This document shows positions 41,383 through 51,180 of a DNA stretch of 58,921 nt, one piece after another. The notes under the pieces are model-generated. The model did no database searches. It had not been told where the DNA came from and saw only the letters and a list, made by a program, of their open reading frames with translations. The position numbers and the translations under genes are program-made. Each line of letters starts with the position of its first letter. Position 1 is the stretch's first letter. The stretch is taken from positions 1 through 58,921 of the IMG/VR virus record IMGVR_UViG_3300025030_000118, one strand, 5' to 3'. The DNA comes from a virus. Lineage: Duplodnaviria; Caudoviricetes.

Positions 41383-42599
41383 TGATCACTTATAAATATA
41401 GATTATATCCAAATCGAGACCAGATAGATTTGATGTGGTCTCATTCTAGTAAACTAAATTGGGTTTATAATTATTTTTTAGATCAGAGAATACAAGAGTA
41501 CAAGACTAATCATAAGTCCATCAGTCGTAAAAAACAGCAGTCAGAATTAGTAGATCTTAAAAACAAATATCCGGACCTGAAAGAAATACATTCTCAGGTC
41601 TTACAACAGGTCCCTCTTAGATTATATAAGAGTTATAAAGTTTTTTTCAAGAGATGTAAGTTAGGACAGGGGCCACCTAAATTTAGATCCTGTAAGAAAT
41701 TTTTCACTCTGGTTTATCCTCAGTCAGGTTTCAGTATACAGGATAATATTTTACACACCAAGGTTTATGGAGATATTAAATTCTATAAATCTAGACCAAT
41801 AGAGGGTAATATACAGCAGATTCAGATCACTACTTATAAAAATAAATGGTATCTTTGTGTACTAACAGATCACATTAGACCATCTTCAGATACGGACCTA
41901 AATAAAATGATAGGTATAGATCTAGGAATTACTAATCTTGTAGCGACCAACGAGGGTGAAATCATAAAGAACAAGAATCATGCTAAATATTTTGACAAAC
42001 AGATCAATAAATTAAAGTCAAGGAGGGATAAAAATTGTAAAAAGTATTCTAGGAAATCTAAGGAACTAACTAAGACCATAAACAGATTGTACGACATGAA
42101 GAATAATAAGACCAGGGATTTTCTTCATAAGGTTTCTAAAAACCTATCCAGTAGATTTGGTACGATCTTTATAGAGGACTTAAATCTTAAGACCATGTCA
42201 GAATCTGATATAACTGGATTAAATAGGGAGCTCAGAAACTCCCAATTATCTAGATTTGCAGGTATGGTTATTTACAAGACTAAGAGGACTTTAAAACTGA
42301 ATCCATTTAATACTTCTAAGACCTGTAGTCAATGCGGACATGAATATAATATGCCTTTACACATCAGGGTTTTTAGATGTCTTAATTGTGGTCTTGTAAT
42401 AGACAGAGATGTAAATTCTAGTAAAAACATTTATTGCCTGGGACGGGCCGTTCTATCTAGTAATAAGGAGTTAGAAATGATAGAATGTACTGGATTTTCA
42501 ACTATGACGATCCGGGAATACTGGTCTAATCAGCCAGCACTGCAGACTAAAGATGATAGGAGAGATCCAAAAGAATCTCCTGTCTTTAGGCAGGAGTAG
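41382..42599 (+). CDS. tnpB: RNA-guided endonuclease TnpB, RuvC triad intact
   Basis: YKYRLYPN, GIDLG, IEDL, TSKTCSQCG...CLNCG, DRDVN. Confidence 0.95.
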   Translation: MITYKYRLYPNRDQIDLMWSHSSKLNWVYNYFLDQRIQEYKTNHKSISRKKQQSELVDLKNKYPDLKEIHSQVLQQVPLRLYKSYKVFFKRCKLGQGPPKFRSCKKFFTLVYPQSGFSIQDNILHTKVYGDIKFYKSRPIEGNIQQIQITTYKNKWYLCVLTDHIRPSSDTDLNKMIGIDLGITNLVATNEGEIIKNKNHAKYFDKQINKLKSRRDKNCKKYSRKSKELTKTINRLYDMKNNKTRDFLHKVSKNLSSRFGTIFIEDLNLKTMSESDITGLNRELRNSQLSRFAGMVIYKTKRTLKLNPFNTSKTCSQCGHEYNMPLHIRVFRCLNCGLVIDRDVNSSKNIYCLGRAVLSSNKELEMIECTGFSTMTIREYWSNQPALQTKDDRRDPKESPVFRQE

Positions 42600-42624
42600 T
42601 TCAAATGATTATATAATTGAAACA
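42430..42624 (+). ncRNA. Predicted omegaRNA/reRNA; guide approx. 42605-42624, 5' boundary approximate
   Basis: Inferred from TnpB biology: scaffold overlaps tnpB 3' end and right end, guide is the adjacent flank. Confidence 0.55.
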
Positions 42625-42687
42625 CAATTAGAAAATCTATTGACAAAATTATTAAACGATTATATAATTGAAACACAATTAGAAAAT
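42605..42687 (+). repeat. 32-bp direct repeat x2 (42605-42636, 42656-42687), one mismatch
   Basis: A(T/C)GATTATATAATTGAAACACAATTAGAAAAT, 51-bp period. Confidence 0.95.
42640..42668 (+). promoter_or_regulatory. Consensus promoter of ssb-dnaE-helicase-ruvC-recA operon
   Basis: TTGACA-17-TATAAT; AGGAGG RBS at 42688. Confidence 0.85.
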
Positions 42688-42700
42688 AGGAGGAAAAATT

Positions 42701-43420
42701 ATGGGAACTGGAGAATATGGTTTCGAGGCTGCTGAAAAAGGATCGAATGAAGTAGCAGAAAAAAAGAGGCAAGGACAAGGAGGAAAAAAGGAATTTTCAA
42801 TGGAAGATTTCCTAAAGAGAAATTTTAGGCTAAAAAATATTGGAGATGAGTCAGCTATTAGATTTTTAGAAGAAGATGAGAGTAAATCAATTCTAACTTA
42901 TAAGAAACATACGATTCAAACTGGAACAGGGTTTAGACATCCTGCATGCTGGGGAACAGGTTGTCCTTTTTGTAAAAAGGGAAATAAACAAAGAACATCT
43001 ATACTTATGAATATTATAGATAAAAGAGATAATTTGGTTAAAATATTTGAGATCAATGCAACAACGTGGGGATGGTTTGTTGCATATAAAAGAAGATTAA
43101 AGAAAAGTGGAAAGCCAGATCTTTTATCCGATAGAGATTTTGTTATTGCGAAGGCTTCCGATAAAGGAGATTTTAATATTACCTATGATGATCCTTCTCC
43201 TTTAACAGATGATCAGAAAAACATGAAAAGATGGGATCTTTCTAAAAAAGCCAGTCCAAGACCTGTGGAAGAACTTAAGAAAATGTTTCCTTCTTTTTTT
43301 GAAGACGATGAAGAAACTCCTTCTTCTCCACCATTTGATACAAATGTTACAGAAGTTAAAGAAGTTACAGAAGATCTTCCTAGTGATGATGATCTTTTTC
43401 CCGATTTTGATAAAGTGTAA
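42701..43420 (+). CDS. Single-stranded DNA-binding protein (gp32-like)
   Basis: IRFL, H...C...CPFC Zn site, acidic tail ending DDDLFPDFDKV; before polymerase. Confidence 0.7.
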   Translation: MGTGEYGFEAAEKGSNEVAEKKRQGQGGKKEFSMEDFLKRNFRLKNIGDESAIRFLEEDESKSILTYKKHTIQTGTGFRHPACWGTGCPFCKKGNKQRTSILMNIIDKRDNLVKIFEINATTWGWFVAYKRRLKKSGKPDLLSDRDFVIAKASDKGDFNITYDDPSPLTDDQKNMKRWDLSKKASPRPVEELKKMFPSFFEDDEETPSSPPFDTNVTEVKEVTEDLPSDDDLFPDFDKV

Positions 43421-43442
43421 ATAATTATCATTAGGAGATATA

Positions 43443-46400
43443 ATGTACGTTAATCTTCACTGTCATACTGAATACTCAACATTAGATGGTCTTGCAAAGA
43501 TCAAGGACTATATAAACAGGTGCAGGGATCTAAAAATCCCTGCACTTTCAATTACTGATCATGGAAACGTAGGGGGTCTTTTAGATGTTTATCTAAAATG
43601 TAAGAAGAATAATATAGTTCCCATACTTGGTATGGAGGCTTATCTTGTTGATAATTTAGAATCTATGTTTTCAAGAAAAATTCAAAAAAAGAATCATTTA
43701 TTGTTAATAGCTAAGAACTTAAAAGGATATCAAAACTTATTAAAAATAAGTACAGATAGTAATATTCATGGTTTTTATTATAAGCCTACAGTAGATTATG
43801 ATATTTTAAGAAAATATGGTGATGGTATTATAGCTAGTTCAGCATGTATTGCTGGAGAGATTCCAGAAGCAATTCTAAATAAGGATCTTAATAAGGCAGA
43901 ATTACTATTAAAAAATTATTTAGGAATATTTGGAGATAATTTTTATTTAGAAATGATGCCATCTAGAGATGATAGACAAAAGGAAGTCAATTTAGGACTT
44001 GCTTATTTATCTAGAAAGCATGGAATAAAAACTATTATAACTAATGATAGCCACTATATAAAACAGGAAGATGCTAAGGTTCATGAAATTTTAAAATGTA
44101 TACAAATGAACAAAAAATATGATCCAAATAATATGAGATTTGGAGTAGACGACTATTTTATTATGGATGAAGATCAGATAAGATCTTACTTCAATAAATA
44201 TCATCCAGAAATATCAGAAGATTTAATCAATAATAGTTTTAAAAATATAGAAGATATAGTATCAGGATATAATATAGAGATACCATTAAACCAGATATTA
44301 TTACCTAAATTTAAAATAGAAGATGAAAACTTTCTAAAACAAAAAGAAAAATATGTAAATAAATATGATTTTATTAAAAATGAATTGGATGGTTTCTTAT
44401 TATATTTATGTTCAAAAAATTGGAAAAAGTATGGATTTAAAGAAAATATTTATAAAGAAAGACTTTTATATGAATTAAAAGTTATATGTAATATGGGCTA
44501 TTCCAGCTATTTTCTAATAGTATGGGATTATATAAAATGGGCAAAAGATAGAGATATTATGGTTGGTCCTGGACGAGGGTCTGGAGCGGGGAGTTTAATA
44601 TCTTATATATTAGATATTACAACAGTAGATCCTATAAAACTGGATTTGACTTTTGAAAGATTTTTAAATCCAGATAGAGTTAGTATGCCTGATATCGATT
44701 CGGATTTCCAGGATAATAGAAGAGAAGAAGTAATAGACTATATATGTAAAAAATATGGAGAAAGAAACTCTTGTAATATTACAAATTATAATAAGATGAA
44801 TGCAAGAGGAGTAATAAGAAAAGTATCTTCTGCATATAATTTAGATTTCCAAGATGTAAGTAAATATATAAAAATAATAGAATCCTCTTATGATATTAAG
44901 TTATTATCAATTAGAGATATATTTAAAGATCTTAATAAGAATAAGTGGAAAATATTTGATGGTTTTGGAGATGTAGATAAAATTAAAGAAATATTTAAAG
45001 TTTCATCTGTAATGGAAGGTGTTATATCTAATGATAGTATACATGCTGGAGGAATATGTATAAGTGATGAAGATTTATCTAATTATACAGCACTAAAAAG
45101 AAGCAAAAAGAAAGATAATAAAGACGTAAATATGATTTCTACTCAATATGATAAAGATACCTTAAAGGAAATAGGTCTTTTGAAATTTGATATATTAGGA
45201 GTATCTTATCTTAATGTGATAAAAAATACTATTAATTTAATAAAAGAAAGATATAATAAAGATATTATATTAGAAGATATATCTTTAGATGATAATAATA
45301 TTTATAGGGATCTTAGTATAGGAAAAACTATAGCAATTTTTCAACTTGAGAATAATGTTCCAAAAGGTGTATTGAAAAAAATAAAAGCAAATTGTTTCGA
45401 GGATGTTGTTATTACGAATGCTTTAATTAGACCAGGTCCTTTATCTAATCAAATGGATACAATGTATGCAGAGAACAAAGAGGATCCAAGTAGAATAAAA
45501 TATGATCATCCTATAATGTCTAAAGTATTAGGAAAAACTCATGGGGTTATAGCATATCAAGAGCAAGTAATGGAAATGTCTAAAGTTCTTGCTGGATTTA
45601 ATAATATTCAGGCAGATACTCTAAGAAAGGGAATGGGAGATAAGAATATAGAATATTTTAACAAGCTCAAAATTGAATTTATTGATGGATGCAAAAATAA
45701 AAATAATATTGATAACAATATATCTAATAAAATATGGGATATAATTATCAGGTTTGCTGGATATTCTTTTAATAGGTCTCATTGTGTATGTTATTCATTA
45801 TTATCATGTTGGTGCGCATGGCTAAAATATTATTATCCTTTAGAATATATGCTATCTTGTTTACAGATACAAGGAGGAGATAGATATGAGATATTAATGA
45901 AAGAATCAAAAAGAATAGGAATTAATATATTAGCTCCAAATATAAATCATAGTCAAGAATCATGTTCTATTTATAATAATTCTTTATTAGCTGGTTTTGA
46001 TATAATAAAAGGAATAAGAACACAAGATGTAAAAATATTGATTAATAATAGAACATATAAAGATTTTAAAGATATTGTTTTAAAAACTAATAAATATAAG
46101 ATCGGTAGACAATGTATTATTTCATTATTGAGATTAGGGATAATTCCAAAAAATATGATAGAGGATGAATATTCAGTAAAATCTATTGTAGAAAATATTG
46201 ATGATTATATAAAATATGTAGTAAATTCTAAATATAGTTTATTTGAAACTGTTTCTGGTATTCCAAAAATAGAAGAATATCTAGACAAGGAAATAGAAGA
46301 TTTCGAAGAGAAAAGCTATACAAGTAATATTTTTGCAAGATCTTTAATGGATAAAGTAGAAATCATAAACAAAAAGAGATCTTTTCAATATGAAGATTGG

Positions 46401-46679
46401 GAAAATATTAAAGACGGGAAAGAAGTAATAATAGGTGGTAAAATAAGTAAGCTGGTAATTAAACAGGATAAAAGAGGAGGAAGATATTGTAATTTTGAAA
46501 TTACAATTCCTGGAGTGGATGAAAAGTATAAAATAAGAGTTTTCAGTAATATGTATAGTATATATGAAAACTTAATAAAGATGGATACTTTTATCATGAT
46601 TAAAGGGAATGTTAATATTAGCGAAGAATGGCATTTCAAAGGGATAATTGCTAATAAAATAGGACTATTGGAAAAATAA
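43443..46679 (+). CDS. dnaE: DNA polymerase III alpha subunit
   Basis: PHP LHCHTEYS/ITDHG/TNDSHY, GRGSGAGS, FERFLNPDRVSMPDIDSDF, GLLKFDILG, YSFNRSH, terminal OB fold. Confidence 0.96.
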   Translation: MYVNLHCHTEYSTLDGLAKIKDYINRCRDLKIPALSITDHGNVGGLLDVYLKCKKNNIVPILGMEAYLVDNLESMFSRKIQKKNHLLLIAKNLKGYQNLLKISTDSNIHGFYYKPTVDYDILRKYGDGIIASSACIAGEIPEAILNKDLNKAELLLKNYLGIFGDNFYLEMMPSRDDRQKEVNLGLAYLSRKHGIKTIITNDSHYIKQEDAKVHEILKCIQMNKKYDPNNMRFGVDDYFIMDEDQIRSYFNKYHPEISEDLINNSFKNIEDIVSGYNIEIPLNQILLPKFKIEDENFLKQKEKYVNKYDFIKNELDGFLLYLCSKNWKKYGFKENIYKERLLYELKVICNMGYSSYFLIVWDYIKWAKDRDIMVGPGRGSGAGSLISYILDITTVDPIKLDLTFERFLNPDRVSMPDIDSDFQDNRREEVIDYICKKYGERNSCNITNYNKMNARGVIRKVSSAYNLDFQDVSKYIKIIESSYDIKLLSIRDIFKDLNKNKWKIFDGFGDVDKIKEIFKVSSVMEGVISNDSIHAGGICISDEDLSNYTALKRSKKKDNKDVNMISTQYDKDTLKEIGLLKFDILGVSYLNVIKNTINLIKERYNKDIILEDISLDDNNIYRDLSIGKTIAIFQLENNVPKGVLKKIKANCFEDVVITNALIRPGPLSNQMDTMYAENKEDPSRIKYDHPIMSKVLGKTHGVIAYQEQVMEMSKVLAGFNNIQADTLRKGMGDKNIEYFNKLKIEFIDGCKNKNNIDNNISNKIWDIIIRFAGYSFNRSHCVCYSLLSCWCAWLKYYYPLEYMLSCLQIQGGDRYEILMKESKRIGINILAPNINHSQESCSIYNNSLLAGFDIIKGIRTQDVKILINNRTYKDFKDIVLKTNKYKIGRQCIISLLRLGIIPKNMIEDEYSVKSIVENIDDYIKYVVNSKYSLFETVSGIPKIEEYLDKEIEDFEEKSYTSNIFARSLMDKVEIINKKRSFQYEDWENIKDGKEVIIGGKISKLVIKQDKRGGRYCNFEITIPGVDEKYKIRVFSNMYSIYENLIKMDTFIMIKGNVNISEEWHFKGIIANKIGLLEK

Positions 46680-48131
46680 ATGATAAATATCATTATAGAT
46701 AACCATAAATCTAAACTTATAGGAGATCTTCCTTTCAATGTAAGAAAAAAAATTGAAATGAAAACATCTTTCAAATATCCTAATTACTTTTTTGTTCCAC
46801 AAAGAGGAAATTGGGATGGATGGATAAAACTTTTTGATAAAAATAGTACATTCCCTACAGGATTACTGTATTATATTATATCAACTTTAGATGATTTTAA
46901 AATTAAGTACTCTTTAATAGATAAAAGAAAAATATATAATAAGAAAAATATAAAAATTGAAAACAAAAATGGTATTATTTTAAGAGATTATCAAGAAAAA
47001 GCATTAATAGACGTGATAGATAATAAAAGAGGAATTGTAAGACTTCCAACTGGTGCTGGTAAAACAATTTTATCGGCTTTTATAATTAAGGAATCTGGAA
47101 TGTATCCTAATATATTTCTTGTTCATAGAAAATCATTATTATATCAAACTATTGAAGTTTTTAAAGATTTTTTTGGAGAAGATAAAGTTGGTCAAGTAGG
47201 AGATAATATTGTAGATTTTAATCCATATGTAAATGTAATTATGTTTCAGACATTATCTAATATTTTTGATATTAAATATGAAAGTCTTGATTCAGTTGAA
47301 AAAGATAAAACAGAGATAAAGAATAAAATTGAATCATCTAATAAAATACAAGAATCTAAAATGATAATAATTGATGAGTGTCATCATGCTGGAGCAAAAA
47401 CAGTTAGAGATATAATGAAGAAAATGGATAATGCTTTATGGAGAATAGGTCTTAGTGCAACACCATATAGAGATGATGGATGTGATCTACTTATAGAATC
47501 TTATATAGGTCGTATAATAAGTTCTATAACAGCATCAGATCTAATAAAGAAAGGAAATCTTGTAAATTCTCGCATGAGGTTTATAAGATATAATCCTGGT
47601 GGTATAAAAAAAAGATTTAAATATGATGAAATATACAAAGAGGAAATAGTTAATAATGAATATAGGAATAAAATAATATCTGAAATAACTTTAAAGCAAT
47701 CACAACTTGGAAGAAGTACATTAATAGTTGTTAAACACATAGAACATGGTAGAAACTTACTTAAAATATTGAATGAAATGAATATAGACGCATATTTTAT
47801 AGAAGGAAAAACTAAAGATAAGGTAAGAAATGAGTATCTAAATAAATTTAAAAATAAAGAAGTTTTAGTAATAATTAGCACTATATTTTCTGAAGGAGTA
47901 GATATTCCATCTTTAGATGTCCTGATAAATGCAGAAGGGGGAAAGTCTCCAACTGCAACTTTTCAAAAAGTAGGAAGAGCTTTAAGACCTTATAAGGATA
48001 AAAAAGAATGTATTTATATAGATTTTATTGACCCATATAAATTTTTATTAGATCATTCTAATCAAAGAATTAAAATACTAGAAACTGAAGATTTATTTAA
48101 TGTAGGAATAGTTAATTATGAAAAAAAATAA
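46680..48131 (+). CDS. SF2 DNA helicase (UvsW-like)
   Basis: LRDYQ, PTGAGKT, DECHH, SATP, EGVDIP, QKVGRALR. Confidence 0.9.
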   Translation: MINIIIDNHKSKLIGDLPFNVRKKIEMKTSFKYPNYFFVPQRGNWDGWIKLFDKNSTFPTGLLYYIISTLDDFKIKYSLIDKRKIYNKKNIKIENKNGIILRDYQEKALIDVIDNKRGIVRLPTGAGKTILSAFIIKESGMYPNIFLVHRKSLLYQTIEVFKDFFGEDKVGQVGDNIVDFNPYVNVIMFQTLSNIFDIKYESLDSVEKDKTEIKNKIESSNKIQESKMIIIDECHHAGAKTVRDIMKKMDNALWRIGLSATPYRDDGCDLLIESYIGRIISSITASDLIKKGNLVNSRMRFIRYNPGGIKKRFKYDEIYKEEIVNNEYRNKIISEITLKQSQLGRSTLIVVKHIEHGRNLLKILNEMNIDAYFIEGKTKDKVRNEYLNKFKNKEVLVIISTIFSEGVDIPSLDVLINAEGGKSPTATFQKVGRALRPYKDKKECIYIDFIDPYKFLLDHSNQRIKILETEDLFNVGIVNYEKK

Positions 48132-48645
48132 GATATTATGTATTGATCCAGCAAAAATAATAAGTGGGTATTCGGTTTTTACTATAGAGGATCAGGATAT
48201 TATTTTATTAGATTATGGTTTAATAAAAACTAAATATAAAAACCATTTATATCTTTTAGAAATATATAACGAGATTAAAAAATTAATAGAAAAACATGAT
48301 ATAAATATATTAATTTTAGAAGATATATATTGTAGAAATGTTAATACATTAATAGTATTAGCCATGGTTAGATCCTGTATAATGTTAACTTCTTTATTAT
48401 ATAATAAAGATATAAAGATAGAAATATATAGAACTAAAACAATAAGAAAAGAGTTATGTGGAAATGGAAACTTTAATAAAGAACAAGTTAGAAAATACTT
48501 AATAGATAATTACAATATGGATGAGGATATTATAAGTTTAGATATAAGTGATTCAATATCTCTAGGAGTATATTATTATATTATAAAGGAGAAAAATAAT
48601 GGCAGTAAAATTGGGAGTAGATCAGACAAAAATAAATCAATATAA
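48118..48645 (+). CDS. ruvC: Holliday junction resolvase RuvC-like
   Basis: ILCIDP, ILED, KEQV, DISDS. Confidence 0.8.
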   Translation: MKKNKILCIDPAKIISGYSVFTIEDQDIILLDYGLIKTKYKNHLYLLEIYNEIKKLIEKHDINILILEDIYCRNVNTLIVLAMVRSCIMLTSLLYNKDIKIEIYRTKTIRKELCGNGNFNKEQVRKYLIDNYNMDEDIISLDISDSISLGVYYYIIKEKNNGSKIGSRSDKNKSI

Positions 48646-49156
48646 TTCAATATTAATAACTGCAACAGAGGCTCAAAGTAAAATTCAAGAAGATTTAGAA
48701 ATTAGAATTGATAAACTAACTGATCTAAAAGATGAAATATTTAAATATGTTAATAGTCAAGATCTTAGAATTCAAGATGATCCTGAACTAGATCAAGTTG
48801 AAAAAACTTTAGCGAGAGCTCAAAACTATATGAATAGAGTAATTGAAATTTTATTCGAATCAACTCGAAAAAAGATTGATCTTGAAAGAATGAAAAAATC
48901 AATATATAATAATATGATAGTATGCGTAGAGGGAGGAGATGCAAATACTAGAATATCTTTTATAGAAAATAACCTTACAACCTTTACTCAATCTATTACA
49001 ATAGAAGATGATATGATATCTTTATGTAAAGTTGTAGTAGATAATCTTAAAAAAATACAAGAAACATCTTCAAGACAATTGACAGCAATAAATTATAGAA
49101 TTCAAATGAAAACTACTGGTATGCAAAATATGGATGACTTGAATATGGATATATAG
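48599..49156 (+). CDS. Helical protein, possible recombination mediator
   Basis: AAGGAG RBS; coiled-coil between ruvC and recA. Confidence 0.45.
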   Translation: MAVKLGVDQTKINQYNSILITATEAQSKIQEDLEIRIDKLTDLKDEIFKYVNSQDLRIQDDPELDQVEKTLARAQNYMNRVIEILFESTRKKIDLERMKKSIYNNMIVCVEGGDANTRISFIENNLTTFTQSITIEDDMISLCKVVVDNLKKIQETSSRQLTAINYRIQMKTTGMQNMDDLNMDI

Positions 49157-49164
49157 GAGAAAAA

Positions 49165-50232
49165 ATGAAAGAAGATCTTGAAAAACTAAAAGAAAAAGAA
49201 GACAAACTAAAAGAAAAAGAGTTAACGCAGGGAGAAAATCTTGCTAAACTTTTAAGTAAAAAGTTTACTCTGCTTCCAGTTAAAGGAAATGAACATAGGT
49301 TTGAAGTTAATCCCATATCTACTGGATCTTTAATAATGGATTATCAATCTGGAATAGGAGGGTTTCCAAGAGGAAGAATAGTTCATATTTATGGATCTAA
49401 ATCATGTGGTAAAACTACCTTAGCTTTTTCAGTTATGGCTCAAGCTAAAAAGATGGGATTATTATCTGTATTATTAGAAATGGAAAGAGCTCCTATGTTA
49501 AGACAGAGAGCATTAGAGATGGGAATAGATATTTTAGACTCTAATAATTTTATGTTTGATCAGCCAGTATCAGCTGAAGATTGTCTAAATAAATTAAGAT
49601 GGACTTGTCAAGCTGAAAAATTTATTCCAGCAGTAGTTGTAGTTGATTCTGTAGCAGGAATGATGTCTGAAGTTGATATCGATAAGGATTATACAGATTC
49701 TTCCAAGGTTGCTGGAGTTCCATTATTACTTTCTAGATCCCTAAAAGAGATTAACTATTTTGCCAGTAAGAATAATATTTTAGTTATTTTTACTAATCAA
49801 GTAAGAGAAAAAGTTAGTATGACATCAAGATATGTTCAAGAAATTCCACCAGGTGGAAAAGCTATTGGTTTTTATGCTAGTATGGAAGTGACTCTGAAAA
49901 CTCTCAAAGCGGATGAAATTATTGATCCTGATAATAAAGATGAAGATAATAATAAAATAGGACAAGGAGTTTCTTTTGTTTTTTCTAAAAATAAAGTAGC
50001 AGTTCCACATAAGTGTGGTATATTTGATCTATATTTTGATGAAAGAAAAATAGATAATTATAGTGCTTTAATATTAATAGCTACAAAAAAAGATATAGTA
50101 CATCAGGGAGGTCCATGGTTCACTTACAAAGATGAAAAATGGCAGGGTAAAAATAAACTAATAAATGAATTAAGATACAACGAGAAACTATATGAATCAA
50201 TAAAAAATGATATATTTGGAAACAAGAAATGA
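49165..50232 (+). CDS. recA: RecA-like recombinase
   Basis: ISTGS, GGFPRGR, GSKSCGKTT, VVDSVA, FTNQVR, GGKAIGFYAS, KNKV. Confidence 0.95.
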   Translation: MKEDLEKLKEKEDKLKEKELTQGENLAKLLSKKFTLLPVKGNEHRFEVNPISTGSLIMDYQSGIGGFPRGRIVHIYGSKSCGKTTLAFSVMAQAKKMGLLSVLLEMERAPMLRQRALEMGIDILDSNNFMFDQPVSAEDCLNKLRWTCQAEKFIPAVVVVDSVAGMMSEVDIDKDYTDSSKVAGVPLLLSRSLKEINYFASKNNILVIFTNQVREKVSMTSRYVQEIPPGGKAIGFYASMEVTLKTLKADEIIDPDNKDEDNNKIGQGVSFVFSKNKVAVPHKCGIFDLYFDERKIDNYSALILIATKKDIVHQGGPWFTYKDEKWQGKNKLINELRYNEKLYESIKNDIFGNKK

Positions 50233-50426
50233 ATATTATAATTTTAGCAGGAGTTACTATTGGGTTAACTGAAATTAATATGAAAGTAGGAGATTCTTTA
50301 GATATAAAAGATGAAAAATATTTAATTAGATCAATCAATGATAATCACGGAATATATGAAAAAGAAATAAAAAAAATATATTATCTATATCCATTAGACG
50401 AAGGAGAAGATAAATGTCCGATATAA
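50229..50426 (+). CDS. Hypothetical protein
   Basis: ATGA overlap with recA. Confidence 0.4.
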   Translation: MNIIILAGVTIGLTEINMKVGDSLDIKDEKYLIRSINDNHGIYEKEIKKIYYLYPLDEGEDKCPI

Positions 50427-50746
50427 AAGACTATATTAGAGATGCTCATAAAATAGCAACAGAAAAAGGATTTTATGACACAAAAAGAGATTTTACTCAC
50501 TATTGTATGATGATAATAACTGAGATATCTGAAGCGGTTCAATCAGATAGAAAGAATCATAGTTATGAAGATATTATGGGGGAACTTGCAGACACAACTA
50601 TTAGGCTTTTTGATTTTATAGCATGGTTAGAAGAAGAAGCTGATAAATCTATGATTTTAACCAAAGATAATACCTTTGAAGAAATATTGAAAAAAACAAT
50701 GGAGTATTTCAAAACCAGACCATATAAACATGGAAGAAAATATTAA
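50414..50746 (+). CDS. MazG-like NTP pyrophosphohydrolase
   Basis: TEISEA...GELADTTIR...RPYKHGRKY. Confidence 0.8.
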   Translation: MSDIKDYIRDAHKIATEKGFYDTKRDFTHYCMMIITEISEAVQSDRKNHSYEDIMGELADTTIRLFDFIAWLEEEADKSMILTKDNTFEEILKKTMEYFKTRPYKHGRKY

Positions 50747-50763
50747 ACCAGGAGATAAAAATA

Positions 50764-50895
50764 ATGGGTAATCTTAGTGATTTTATTAGGGGCATAGGAC
50801 AAAGCATATTATTATTAATCGGAATAATTATTGTATTTTTTCTTGCAATATATGGTCTTTTTTCCTTAATTTTGAAACTACCTACTTTATTCTAG
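50764..50895 (+). CDS. 43-aa single-pass membrane protein (below ORF-track cutoff)
   Basis: AGGAG RBS; MGNLSDFIRGIGQSILLLIGIIIVFFLAIYGLFSLILKLPTLF. Confidence 0.6.
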   Translation: MGNLSDFIRGIGQSILLLIGIIIVFFLAIYGLFSLILKLPTLF

Positions 50896-50900
50896 AGGAC

Positions 50901-50929
50901 TTGACTTTCTAAATAAGTTAAGTTATAAT
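50901..50929 (+). promoter_or_regulatory. Sigma70-type promoter
   Basis: TTGACT-17-TATAAT; first 12 nt identical to 30771. Confidence 0.8.
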
Positions 50930-50952
50930 AATAGAAATAAAAGGGAGAAAAT

Positions 50953-51180
50953 ATGTGTGAATTATTAAACTCAAGAGAGATTCTGTTTCATATTCCAGAT
51001 GAAGGAATTGTTAGAGAAGAGTTAATAAAAGATATTAAGGATAGCATTCCTTATCTATCCTATAATATTATAGAAAAATCTATTATAAGATCACTTAATA
51101 ATGAAAAAATAGTTTTATTAAATAATATTATAAAACCTTCAGGTAATCTCACAATAATGGTAGATGGAATAATTGAATAA
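50953..51180 (+). CDS. Hypothetical protein
   Basis: GGGAG RBS after promoter. Confidence 0.5.
   Translation: MCELLNSREILFHIPDEGIVREELIKDIKDSIPYLSYNIIEKSIIRSLNNEKIVLLNNIIKPSGNLTIMVDGIIE

Larger units (their letters stand above)
40847..42604 (+). mobile_element. Complete IS200/IS605-family element inserted 3' of (T)TTAA
   Basis: tnpA+tnpB; left hairpin AAAT-TCCCTCCCT-TC-AGGTAGGGG; right hairpin GAAT-CTCCTGTCT-TT-AGGCAGGAG then TTCAA end; no target duplication. Confidence 0.88.

Noticed and set aside
41382-42599. Nuclease-dead TldR repressor
   Set aside because: D, E and D catalytic residues are all present and tnpA is intact
42605-42687. Mini CRISPR array next to a Cas12-like gene
   Set aside because: Only two AT-rich non-palindromic copies with a 19-nt gap; protein is a typical tnpA-linked TnpB with IS ends
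43443-50232. Inteins or introns in DnaE, helicase or RecA
   Set aside because: Lengths are normal, motifs contiguous, no splicing motifs seen
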